Source: a virus (lineage: Duplodnaviria > Heunggongvirae > Uroviricota > Caudoviricetes). Taken from it: a stretch of DNA of 64,000 nt. Position 1 is the first letter of the stretch. Each line of letters begins with the position of its first letter. The DNA lies in the IMG/VR virus record IMGVR_UViG_3300005683_000050, positions 21,669 to 85,668 of that record; one strand, 5' to 3'. Below the pieces are notes generated by a model. The model ran no database searches, was not told the origin of the DNA, and worked only from the letters and a program-made list of their open reading frames with translations. The position numbers and the translations under genes were made by a program. This document shows positions 48,946-58,415 of this stretch, piece after piece.

Positions 48946-49797
48946 TTATACATTAGTTTCAGGGTTATGGTCTGAATAGATTAACATTTTTTCCCACAGG
49001 AAAGTTCCCCCGTCGTTATCATTTGGACGTTCGTCGCCAAATGCTACCGTGTGTACGCTGTTATTGCCTTTAATGGGCAAATATCCGACCCATCGTAAGA
49101 TTGTTTCATTTTTTGTGCGGAGAGATACTTTTGGAATCCATTCATTTGGATTTTCGGATGCAACCACCTTCATTACAAGACGATGCCACTCGTTAGGAAC
49201 TATACCAGTGTCAAAATCAAAGCGCACCATACTGTCTGCTGTAGCGGGGTAAGTAGTATCAGACCAGTACATCGCAAAAATTTTATTGCCGCGCAAGAAC
49301 AGACCGAACACTTGATTTGCCAGATGTTTTGTTTCATAAGTACGTTCGCCTCTAAATTCGATATTTGAGAAAAGATGTTGCCTGGCATCATCAATGGTTT
49401 GGTATCCGAGCATGGTAGGTTTGAACCACGTAGACAAGATGACCTTTGCGCCGATTTCCCATTTCACTGGAGCATCGAATTTTTTAACGACCATACATTG
49501 ACATTGTTCTTGTAAATCTCCACCCATCATTCTCAAAAGTGGCTCTCTGACACCCTCATGGTTTCTGCCGTTAAAAACCTTAACGCGTTCTGGTTGAAAC
49601 GGGACACCTTGGTGGAACGTAGACGCGTCGGCGCGTCCAGCTTTGACATGAGTACGTTCGCCGCGTGGAAATTGAATACGCGGGTCTGTGCCAGAATAAT
49701 CCATTTGCCATTGTTTGCAATTATTTGGACATTGCCATATTGTATTGCCGTTTCCTGGAGCGCCAGCGACCCACATGGGCTCAATTAGGTAATTCAT
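48946..49797 (-). CDS. Hypothetical beta-sandwich-like protein
   Basis: Start at MNYLIEP via ATGA overlap. Confidence 0.65.
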   Translation of the reverse strand: MNYLIEPMWVAGAPGNGNTIWQCPNNCKQWQMDYSGTDPRIQFPRGERTHVKAGRADASTFHQGVPFQPERVKVFNGRNHEGVREPLLRMMGGDLQEQCQCMVVKKFDAPVKWEIGAKVILSTWFKPTMLGYQTIDDARQHLFSNIEFRGERTYETKHLANQVFGLFLRGNKIFAMYWSDTTYPATADSMVRFDFDTGIVPNEWHRLVMKVVASENPNEWIPKVSLRTKNETILRWVGYLPIKGNNSVHTVAFGDERPNDNDGGTFLWEKMLIYSDHNPETNV

Positions 49798-50027
49798 GTC
49801 ACATTCTCCATAACAGAAAACGTTTCCGTATCGGAGTGCCATGCGCCAGTGTCAAGCACTGGCATCGGGTTAGATGCCGTTCCAACCTGCGTTGCATTTT
49901 CGTCAACCAAAGAAGCAGCCTGAATCGCATATCCGCTTCCGTCTGTAAATGTCTTAATCTGGTCGCCAGTTGTATCCTGAGCGCGTCGAATGAATCCTGG
50001 TGTCAATGGCATTTTATGTTCAGTCAT
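49794..50027 (-). CDS. Hypothetical protein
   Basis: 77-aa ORF in the operon. Confidence 0.65.
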   Translation of the reverse strand: MTEHKMPLTPGFIRRAQDTTGDQIKTFTDGSGYAIQAASLVDENATQVGTASNPMPVLDTGAWHSDTETFSVMENVT

Positions 50028-50053
50028 AAACTACTGTCTATATAGACAGTAGT

Positions 50054-53000
50054 TTATGACGTTACCCCTTTAACTACAGCAAATCGCAGTACAATTGCCT
50101 CACTCAAACTACCCGAAGTTATATTCCTAACGTTGATTGTCGCACTTCCAGCTGCTACCTGTGCATTTACCAGATAACTTCCAGCCGTACCGCCAGACGT
50201 ATGGTTGATAATCAATAAGTCTGTCGCCGCAATCGTAGAATTGGTCAACGTGAAGGTTACTGTAGTGTTTGCCGCAAGCGCGGCGTTATTCATCGTAACT
50301 GTGCCGACCACTTTGTTGAGCGTTACGCCTGTGCTTTTTGACGTTGATTGCGTGACAGTACCACCTGCCCCAGTGCCATATCCGAACGGGTTTGTCCCAG
50401 TGATTTGCACAGAACCACTTGTGGTCAACGGATACGCAGTTCCACTTGCGCGCAATCCCAAATTGCTCAACACCGTTCCCAAATCTGTTGTTGCGTTGGG
50501 TTGCACGATTGGTGTCGCGTTGAAGAATCCGATTTTTTGTGAAGTGCCTGTTCCTATCTTCGTGCCAGTGGTTGTATTGAAAATAAAGTTGACACCATCT
50601 GACATGTCAACACTGTCGCCAAAATGTACCAGCCCTGCGTTAGTGTAGAGTGCATAGTTTAATGTTGCACCCGCAGTTTGGGACGAGATGTAAAGACCGT
50701 AATTATTCGTGATTGCACTACCACCAGTCACAATCGGAGCACTGATTACAATGCCGTAGCCATTCGTCAGTGTCCCGCCACCACTCGCTGTCAGGAAAAA
50801 ATTTCCGACTTGTGCGCCAGACAAGTTTTTTGTTCCCGACAACCCTGTTGTTGCCTGTAAAGCAACAATACTCCCCGTCCAATCTCCAACATAGGTCACG
50901 TTATCGGACAGGTGGAGCGATTGAATATATATCCCTTTTGCAGCGTACGCACTCGACGTAGATGTAAGGCGATGCCACGTTTCAATTCCCTGACCCGTCC
51001 AAGTTTGGTCGGTGGCGAATTTTTTGACATATTGAGAATAAGCGGCAGTCGGCGCGACGCCCACGCCCATACGACCGTCAGAAGATATGCCCGCCTGAAC
51101 CGTCCCCGACGAATTTTCCCACGTCTGGAGGTTTGCCGTTTGCGAAGCATCTCCTTGTATGCGTAACTGAATGGTATCGGAAGCACCGTCAATTAACTGT
51201 GAACCCTTGAGGTCAAAGGCGACACTTGGTGAAGCCGTGCCAATGCCGAAACGTTCGTTCACCTCATCATAGGCTGAAGTTCCCGCGTTGCCGAAAATGA
51301 TTTTGCCCTTTGTGGCATGTGAAGTACTTTTAAGAGTTAAGTTGTTGCCAGAACCCGTACCGCCAATCGCCGTTTGCCCACCGCTTTGTCCTGCCAAAAT
51401 AAAGAATCCAGTAGAGTCAATTGAGTCTAATGTGTCTGCATTTAATCCGCCAACTCCACCAGAGACATACTTCCATCCACCATTATAATAGTAAATACGG
51501 TCATTAGTCGTATCTATATTCAGAGCCGCGCGTCCAGTCCATGAGGTTGGAATTCCAGATGGCGCGCCTGCTGTTGTATTGACGTACAGGAATCCATCGG
51601 TAGCACTAGTCGAGAGTGCCGCGCTGCCGACAACAACAGACTTGTTACTTAGGTCAAGGGTTAGTATGTCTGTGCCAGCCGCCTCCTTAAATGTTGTCTT
51701 GTTGGCATCGGTTGTAATGGTTAATGACTTTGCGGACGTGGTTTCGTCTGTCATATAAATCTTCGGGGCAGATGCCGAAATGGTCACGTCGCTTCTAGAT
51801 AAAAGTCTATCAAAGTAATTTCCATTGCTGTTTACCAGTATCTGACCAGTTTGGGTTTGATAATATACACTTATCTTAACGTGGTCAATACTAATCAGTA
51901 GTGGGTATGGGTAAGACCCCGAATTGTCAACCCATATTGAAACACCAAATCCAGAATTGTTGATGTCTGAATATGAAAGAGTTGCGTCCCACAAACTTGT
52001 CTGACTTCCAACTCCAAGATAGGATGTTGGAGGATTAGTTGTTGACAAGTTCAATCCACCAGCACTACCAGTCAAAGCTCCAGATTTTAATAGTTGGATA
52101 TTTACACCACCTCCGCCTACATATCCAGTTGAATATCCCAACACCTGAACATAAACTCCTAAAATCGTAGCGGAAGACGGTATGCTGAACCCAAAATCTG
52201 TCAGCTCTAAGTAATGACTTATGGGGTCTGTTCCTCCCGCCTGGTCTACGTATACGGACGCGTAATTCGTATCTCTTTCTTTAGCATAATTCACATCTGA
52301 CCACGCCACAGTTCCTATTCCAGAGTCGTCTGCCACAGAAGATGGAGAGCGTTCTCTATCAGCCCCTCCCCCCAGATTTATAGAAAGGTCGTCTATCTGT
52401 ACTATCGCAGTATGAAATCCGTCTTTGTCTAATGTAATTGCGCCGTTTCCCGCCTTCAACAAGAATCCCTCTGCCTCATCGTAACGCATGTAATTGCTCG
52501 CATCATAATCACCAGCTGCAATGCCATACAACACCGAAGACACACCAAAAGACCCATCTAAGTTTCCAATCCTCACTCTCTCGGACACAGCAGAATAAGG
52601 AGAGCCGACATGGGTTTGCACTGAGAAATATGGCGCGCCGCTATTGCCAACTTTCTTTATAAATCCCTGCCCGCTCTGCCCGTAATCAACTACACCAGTA
52701 CCAGCTGGGTATGTTACTGGACGGTCTCCGTTTACAAATGTACTGGTGTATGTTTGAACATCCCCGTCGTTGGAAACAAATACTACCGTAAACCATGTAA
52801 CATTTGTTCCATCAGTAATGTAACATATATCTCCATCATCCAAGAGTTGGGTTACTCCATCCATAGGAGTTAACAATGTAGTTGTCCACGTTGTCGCGGC
52901 GTCCACAACCATGTCATCCTGTAGCGTTCCACCACCTTTTGCTGATATGTGGATACCATTTTCTATAACCGTTGCGGTTGGTAGCAATGAGGCAATCGAG

Positions 53001-55303
53001 ATGTCCTCACCGTAGCCAGCGTCTGATAGTGGCTGATACCCAGTGTTTGTAGTGTCAGCCTTCTTGCTCGCTAATGCCCATCGCAGGTTCACATTGTCGT
53101 AGATTAAAACGCAAGTGCCGTAAGACGGCATAACAACATCCGCGCCATATAGAGACAACGCGACATATGTTCCGCCAGCGGGTGGTGATTGCTGATTATT
53201 ACTCAGCGTGAGTTTCTTCTGCGTGTCATTTTTAATGTATAACAACTTAGCAGAAGAGGTTGTTGGTTTCTTAATATATTTTATTGTGGCAGCTGTAGAG
53301 CCAGTATATCGTATAAATGAGTATCCTCCTGGGTCATAACAATTTGTAACGCCACTCACTGTAGACGTTGCAGTAAACGATTTGTGTCCGACTGCTAAAC
53401 CGATTGTTTGAAGTTCGTTGCCTTTCATCAAAAGCGGAAACACATTACTGGCGTCTTTTGTTCCCAAGACGAAATCTCCAGCATCTATAGATATGCCGCT
53501 ACTTTCATAGTTCGAGATTGTTGTTAACGGGAGCGCAAAAACACGACTAGAACCACTATATCCGAAGAGTCCAGTTGTGTCCTCTAAGATACGAGTTCCA
53601 GATGTGGCGGTTTGGATAGTTGCGCCAGTGGCGGTCAGTACGCCAGTTGAAGACGACAGACTGAATTTTGTTGTGCCACTAGAATCTACACCAATGATTC
53701 CAGAGGTGTCCATCTGCACCTTTGGATTGCTTGCGCTGGTTCTGATTGTAGCACCAGTAATTGTTCCAGCGGTGATTGTTCCCATGTCTGCGCTAATAGA
53801 GCTCAAATTAGAAACGCTTATATTAGAAGCTACAACCGAGTTCGCGGCGAGCTGCCCAACCGTGATACTTGCGGCAATTATTTGTGCTCCGCCATCAAGA
53901 ATAGGTTGTTGTCCGCCAAATGGGATAACACTTGCGCCAGTGGCATTATTTTGCGCGGCGGCGACTATCACCTTACCGCTTCCAACCGCAGTTGAGTATG
54001 TGGTTGTCTTTTGTAAGACAGTACTGCTAACCGCAGTATCGAGATAGATATAGTTAAGTGCCGACATTGTTCCAGTGTTTCCACTTGAAATAGAGAATGT
54101 GCGACCATCGTTCAGTCTTATTGTTCCAGATGTCCAGTTGACCTGTGTGGCACTCGCTGAAGAGAATACAATGTTTGTAGTCCATGTTTGCAGAGATGTT
54201 TCAACACCATTCCCGTCCATCCAGTTTCCACTTGCAACTGGATTTGTCCCGTCAAATGCGAAATACTTTGAAGTCGTTCCGACGCGGAATTTGTACGTTC
54301 CGCCGTCGTTTCCCATAAATACACCATTGCCAGTGGTCAAATAGTCCGTAGCCGTGCCGATGGTTATTTTGGGAGTAGCAGAGTTTAGGGATATGTTGCC
54401 AGACGAAATCGTGTTTGCGCCAATTGTCCAATTACCAATAAGTCCAGTGGTTGCAGTAATTGACCCATTGACCGTCAACGCCCCAGTGGACTGGTTAAAA
54501 GACATATAGTTTCCAGATGGGTCTCCTACTCGAAAACGCCAATCGGTGGATGCGTACTTTCCCATCCATATTCCGACTCCAGAGGAATATCCAGAGTTGG
54601 ACGATGCAACACTTTCACCCATTGAAATACTGGGCGTTTGGCTGTTCAGTTTTATCTTTCCACTATCAGCTGAAATAGTATAGGCGTCAACCGTTCCGAT
54701 GTTCCACGAAGCGATTTGCCCAGCTGTAGCGTAGATAGTTCCGCGCACTGTTACACTATTGAATTCGGCATCGCCTTCTTGGGTGATTTGCCATCCCGCG
54801 CTTCCAGATACAAAGTTTAGGGATGCGATGTCTCTCGCGAATGTCCTATTTTTACCAGAGGCATCAACCTGAGCGTCAATCTGCTGTGTTGTGTCGGCAA
54901 TTGAAACATTCGATATAAAGAGGTCTCCATCAGAGTACAGCCTAAAGTCAGCCATTAAATTGTCGGCATAATAGGAAGTACCAAACTTCGCGGAGCTAGA
55001 CAGGGTGTAATACTTTACTTTCCACTTTGAAGTATTGCCCTTTGTAACCACAGTCCCAGTTGTTTCGGTTGTGCCATCGGTTGTATATCCGACTGTAATA
55101 GCTTCTGTTCCAGAGTCATAATATACAATCCTGAGCTGAATTGGATGAGTAGTAGATGTGTCTCTCCAACTGCCAGATTCGTCGGCGTCTCCCGCTCCTA
55201 CTGCAAAGTAAAGACTTGCTCCATATACAGCATAGCACTCTTCACCGAGCAGAACTGCGGATACATCTTCAATTGATGGGTCTACCAGTTCAATAATGTC
55301 CAT
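50054..55303 (-). CDS. Large tail fibre / receptor-binding protein
   Basis: 1749 aa, G/S/T-rich, repeated W.IG...I units, position after the hub gene. Confidence 0.85.
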   Translation of the reverse strand: MDIIELVDPSIEDVSAVLLGEECYAVYGASLYFAVGAGDADESGSWRDTSTTHPIQLRIVYYDSGTEAITVGYTTDGTTETTGTVVTKGNTSKWKVKYYTLSSSAKFGTSYYADNLMADFRLYSDGDLFISNVSIADTTQQIDAQVDASGKNRTFARDIASLNFVSGSAGWQITQEGDAEFNSVTVRGTIYATAGQIASWNIGTVDAYTISADSGKIKLNSQTPSISMGESVASSNSGYSSGVGIWMGKYASTDWRFRVGDPSGNYMSFNQSTGALTVNGSITATTGLIGNWTIGANTISSGNISLNSATPKITIGTATDYLTTGNGVFMGNDGGTYKFRVGTTSKYFAFDGTNPVASGNWMDGNGVETSLQTWTTNIVFSSASATQVNWTSGTIRLNDGRTFSISSGNTGTMSALNYIYLDTAVSSTVLQKTTTYSTAVGSGKVIVAAAQNNATGASVIPFGGQQPILDGGAQIIAASITVGQLAANSVVASNISVSNLSSISADMGTITAGTITGATIRTSASNPKVQMDTSGIIGVDSSGTTKFSLSSSTGVLTATGATIQTATSGTRILEDTTGLFGYSGSSRVFALPLTTISNYESSGISIDAGDFVLGTKDASNVFPLLMKGNELQTIGLAVGHKSFTATSTVSGVTNCYDPGGYSFIRYTGSTAATIKYIKKPTTSSAKLLYIKNDTQKKLTLSNNQQSPPAGGTYVALSLYGADVVMPSYGTCVLIYDNVNLRWALASKKADTTNTGYQPLSDAGYGEDISIASLLPTATVIENGIHISAKGGGTLQDDMVVDAATTWTTTLLTPMDGVTQLLDDGDICYITDGTNVTWFTVVFVSNDGDVQTYTSTFVNGDRPVTYPAGTGVVDYGQSGQGFIKKVGNSGAPYFSVQTHVGSPYSAVSERVRIGNLDGSFGVSSVLYGIAAGDYDASNYMRYDEAEGFLLKAGNGAITLDKDGFHTAIVQIDDLSINLGGGADRERSPSSVADDSGIGTVAWSDVNYAKERDTNYASVYVDQAGGTDPISHYLELTDFGFSIPSSATILGVYVQVLGYSTGYVGGGGVNIQLLKSGALTGSAGGLNLSTTNPPTSYLGVGSQTSLWDATLSYSDINNSGFGVSIWVDNSGSYPYPLLISIDHVKISVYYQTQTGQILVNSNGNYFDRLLSRSDVTISASAPKIYMTDETTSAKSLTITTDANKTTFKEAAGTDILTLDLSNKSVVVGSAALSTSATDGFLYVNTTAGAPSGIPTSWTGRAALNIDTTNDRIYYYNGGWKYVSGGVGGLNADTLDSIDSTGFFILAGQSGGQTAIGGTGSGNNLTLKSTSHATKGKIIFGNAGTSAYDEVNERFGIGTASPSVAFDLKGSQLIDGASDTIQLRIQGDASQTANLQTWENSSGTVQAGISSDGRMGVGVAPTAAYSQYVKKFATDQTWTGQGIETWHRLTSTSSAYAAKGIYIQSLHLSDNVTYVGDWTGSIVALQATTGLSGTKNLSGAQVGNFFLTASGGGTLTNGYGIVISAPIVTGGSAITNNYGLYISSQTAGATLNYALYTNAGLVHFGDSVDMSDGVNFIFNTTTGTKIGTGTSQKIGFFNATPIVQPNATTDLGTVLSNLGLRASGTAYPLTTSGSVQITGTNPFGYGTGAGGTVTQSTSKSTGVTLNKVVGTVTMNNAALAANTTVTFTLTNSTIAATDLLIINHTSGGTAGSYLVNAQVAAGSATINVRNITSGSLSEAIVLRFAVVKGVTS

Positions 55304-55304
55304 T

Positions 55305-56966
55305 CTATCTCCTGCGCCTAAACAGCTTCGCCAAGCTTACATCTAGCGGGTCAGAATTTGGTGTTATGATTCTGACCGTATCATCCATTGCGCTATATTC
55401 TATTTCTTTTATAAATATAGCAGTCGGGTCTAAAATTGAGTCAGTATAAACTCTCAAATCTGGGACTGGAGCATTATACTCAACAAATATACCAGACTTT
55501 ACTAACGGACGCGGAATTTCTTGACCTGCATTATCTCTGAAATCCATTTGTCCATCCATAGAAGGAACCGCGTACATATCTGTCGTCGTTGGTCTTGATT
55601 TCGTATAAAAAACCCTACCCTTTTCTAATCCAGATACAATAACCTTGCCTCCAGATGCGCCTAAGTCCAGTAGGTCATTTATAAAGTCAAGAGATGTCTT
55701 CCCTGCTGTTCTTTCTGGAACTGGTGCGGTTGTGCCAACACTTTCTACTAGCGAGTAATCGTTAGATATAAAATCATTTGGAGTTCTAAATGATACAGCG
55801 TTAAGAACAGATAATCCGCTTCCAGTGTCTAGGTCTGCTACCGCTTCAGACACATCATGTACTCCAACGTATCTTGGCGGAACGTCAGTCCAATCTAACG
55901 TTGCCATATATCCCATGCAGGTGATAGATAAAGAATTATCTTCACTTCCTTTGTTTGCAGAGTCTATTCTGGGCAGTGGGGTAGAATGCAATGTCAGCAG
56001 AGAACGAGCGCGTGCTTTCGCGGCATACAGATTGTCTTCCATCTTGTCATCATTTAGAGTCTTTAGTCCGTAACGGTCAATGCTTGCAATATCCTGCAAT
56101 ACATACTTCTTTCCCTTATCTCCATATCCGACAACAATTCTGTTGAATAGTTGGTCATACGACACACTGTAGGCGTATCCGTTGATAGAGCCTTCTATTT
56201 CCCATAACAGCCCCTCAAAGACACACTCTGTATCATAGTATATCTCAATATGCTGTCCTAGAGATGTTCTCAGAATGTTCCACAGATACTCTGACTTTCC
56301 AAGCAATGTAAACGATGATTCTTTATATCCACTGCGATAAGAGTGAGTATACTTCAACTCCTTGAATCCATACGTGCCTTCATCATTTAGCATTGGAATT
56401 GTCTCAATAAATGGAGGTGTCGCGGCTGCTGAAACAGCAATTACTCGAATGTCGTCCAATACGGTTGGGTCTGGCAAAGTTCCAGTACCACCATGCTTGT
56501 TGATAAATCTGAGAGACAACTTGGTTGCTGAAGCTGGGACTGTAAACCTTTTTGTTACGTCATATAAATTGTCAGAACCAGGAATTCGATTGTTATTTAT
56601 TTGTATGTGCGACAAAAAATTGTTTCCAGCGTCAAAAAACCTAATGTATAAAACTAAATTATTAGGCCAAAGGGTTTTCTTTGGACTCGCATCCGCTCCG
56701 AAATTAAACCTAACCATATAAGCCCCGCTAGACGTTACAGAAATCTTGTTCGTTTCCAACGTGGATGTTACGTTCGTTCCAGCTTGGGCGCAGTATTTTC
56801 CGTTTCCGTTTGGAGTGGACGTTGTAGCATCAACGACAGTCCAATTTGTTGTCGTAGCATATCCAGTAAACGTTCCATCTTCAAAGTTTCCATTGGTCAG
56901 CAGATTGGTTGCGGTAAGTTTGTATGTATTTTGAGATATTGCGCCGTGACGATTTATTCTGAACAC
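55305..56966 (-). CDS. Tail/baseplate hub-like protein with N-terminal carbohydrate-binding-like module
   Basis: NLLTNGNFEDG...W motif; 553 aa; position. Confidence 0.65.
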   Translation of the reverse strand: MFRINRHGAISQNTYKLTATNLLTNGNFEDGTFTGYATTTNWTVVDATTSTPNGNGKYCAQAGTNVTSTLETNKISVTSSGAYMVRFNFGADASPKKTLWPNNLVLYIRFFDAGNNFLSHIQINNNRIPGSDNLYDVTKRFTVPASATKLSLRFINKHGGTGTLPDPTVLDDIRVIAVSAAATPPFIETIPMLNDEGTYGFKELKYTHSYRSGYKESSFTLLGKSEYLWNILRTSLGQHIEIYYDTECVFEGLLWEIEGSINGYAYSVSYDQLFNRIVVGYGDKGKKYVLQDIASIDRYGLKTLNDDKMEDNLYAAKARARSLLTLHSTPLPRIDSANKGSEDNSLSITCMGYMATLDWTDVPPRYVGVHDVSEAVADLDTGSGLSVLNAVSFRTPNDFISNDYSLVESVGTTAPVPERTAGKTSLDFINDLLDLGASGGKVIVSGLEKGRVFYTKSRPTTTDMYAVPSMDGQMDFRDNAGQEIPRPLVKSGIFVEYNAPVPDLRVYTDSILDPTAIFIKEIEYSAMDDTVRIITPNSDPLDVSLAKLFRRRR

Positions 56967-58415
56967 TTAGTTTGTTCCCCGTATCCTAATGTACTGTGGC
57001 ACATAGGACATTGTAACCGTAGCTGTGTTTGCCGAGTTGTGTTTGGAATAGTTTGTCGAGCTGCAAACATTGAAATATATTCTTTGCCCAGATTTCTGAG
57101 GGCGCACCCTTATCTCTCCCCCACTGTTTAGACCTTTGGGCGAATGAACCTTCTCGTCACTTGTATTGTTCAAGTAAGAGCGTTCCTGTCTTAATCTACT
57201 GTCTATGTAGACATAACGAGAACTGAACCCATAGGTATAGTCTGATACCTGAATACCATTGTCGTTATCCATTTCACCGACTGGGAACAGTGCAACGTAG
57301 TCTATGTCCAGATTTCCTATCGAGGCATCGGCTGTGGCGAGTAATTCGTAAATCAAGTATTTATTGGACTGCATCGGGTTTCCCATAGATGGCACGGAAA
57401 GAATACCCAAATCTAAAAGTGAAATCTCACTATTATCAGACGTAACGTAGCGAGTTTTCACCTTAAAATCTGTTGTATAGTTTCCATAGTCTATGTTTGT
57501 CCCATCGCTAAGTCCACCGCGAAAGCGTAAGCTGAAATTAACAGACGCGCTTGTATCTCTATATCTGACAATAACCCAAAATCTTCCATATTGGTCTGAA
57601 ACATTAGAGCTGATTGTCCATTGTGCCAACTTTATTTCAGTACCAACCGAACCAGCGTTCGGATTAAATCTCATCTTGTTTGCGCTTACAAACTCGGCTT
57701 GCGCGGAGTTTGTTACTCGACCAGTAGAGTCTGGGTCTACCGTAACACTATATCCGCTAACATTTGCTACCTTCAACATGTGAATAAAATTAGCAGGGGT
57801 CTGGTTTGCTCGAACACCACATATGATTCTGCCGCAGTTCGCTATGTTACCAGATGCGCCAGCGTATCTTATCTTAACACGCCCGTCTATATCCCCTTTG
57901 AGTGATGGGAGCTGGAAATAGTTGTTCGCTCCGTTATCTGAAACAGATGTTGTAAAGCTAAAGTCTGTCCCACTTGCAAGGGCAGTACCTTCCCAAACTG
58001 GTCTATGAATGACATGCACTTTTACGTGTTCTACCACTTTCGACAAAACTTGAGCGTCCATAAAATCCTCTGGATAATCTACCCATCCGCCAATAACCTC
58101 TGTTGTTACAGAATACGTCGCTCCCTGTGGTTTCCAAACCATTTCGGTTAAGTACCCAGTGGTTTTGTCTTTCGCATAGCGCGCGGCATCGTGCAGAGAT
58201 TTATCAATTAGCCCTATCTTATCTGCAAGGTCATCAATCGAAGAGCCAATGACAATTATATCAATTGTATCTTCAATTGGCGAGAGAAGGTCATACTCTC
58301 CCATCTCGTTTTGTTTCGGGTGACGCGGAATGAACTTCTCAATAGAATACGAAGTTCCAGCTGCCATATCTATCGTATTCGAGCCATTTACGTTTATCTG
58401 TAAGGTGTGCGCCAT
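56967..58415 (-). CDS. Distal tail-like protein
   Basis: 482 aa immediately after the tape measure gene. Confidence 0.65.
   Translation of the reverse strand: MAHTLQINVNGSNTIDMAAGTSYSIEKFIPRHPKQNEMGEYDLLSPIEDTIDIIVIGSSIDDLADKIGLIDKSLHDAARYAKDKTTGYLTEMVWKPQGATYSVTTEVIGGWVDYPEDFMDAQVLSKVVEHVKVHVIHRPVWEGTALASGTDFSFTTSVSDNGANNYFQLPSLKGDIDGRVKIRYAGASGNIANCGRIICGVRANQTPANFIHMLKVANVSGYSVTVDPDSTGRVTNSAQAEFVSANKMRFNPNAGSVGTEIKLAQWTISSNVSDQYGRFWVIVRYRDTSASVNFSLRFRGGLSDGTNIDYGNYTTDFKVKTRYVTSDNSEISLLDLGILSVPSMGNPMQSNKYLIYELLATADASIGNLDIDYVALFPVGEMDNDNGIQVSDYTYGFSSRYVYIDSRLRQERSYLNNTSDEKVHSPKGLNSGGEIRVRPQKSGQRIYFNVCSSTNYSKHNSANTATVTMSYVPQYIRIRGTN

Noticed and set aside
6606-50055. CTGT-N8-ACAG as evidence of a gammaproteobacterial host, or CTGTCT as Tn5/Nextera adapter contamination
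   Set aside because: Inner bases are conserved beyond the E. coli SOS consensus and GAAC-N4-GTTC boxes dominate; the adapter continuation CTTATACACATCT is absent
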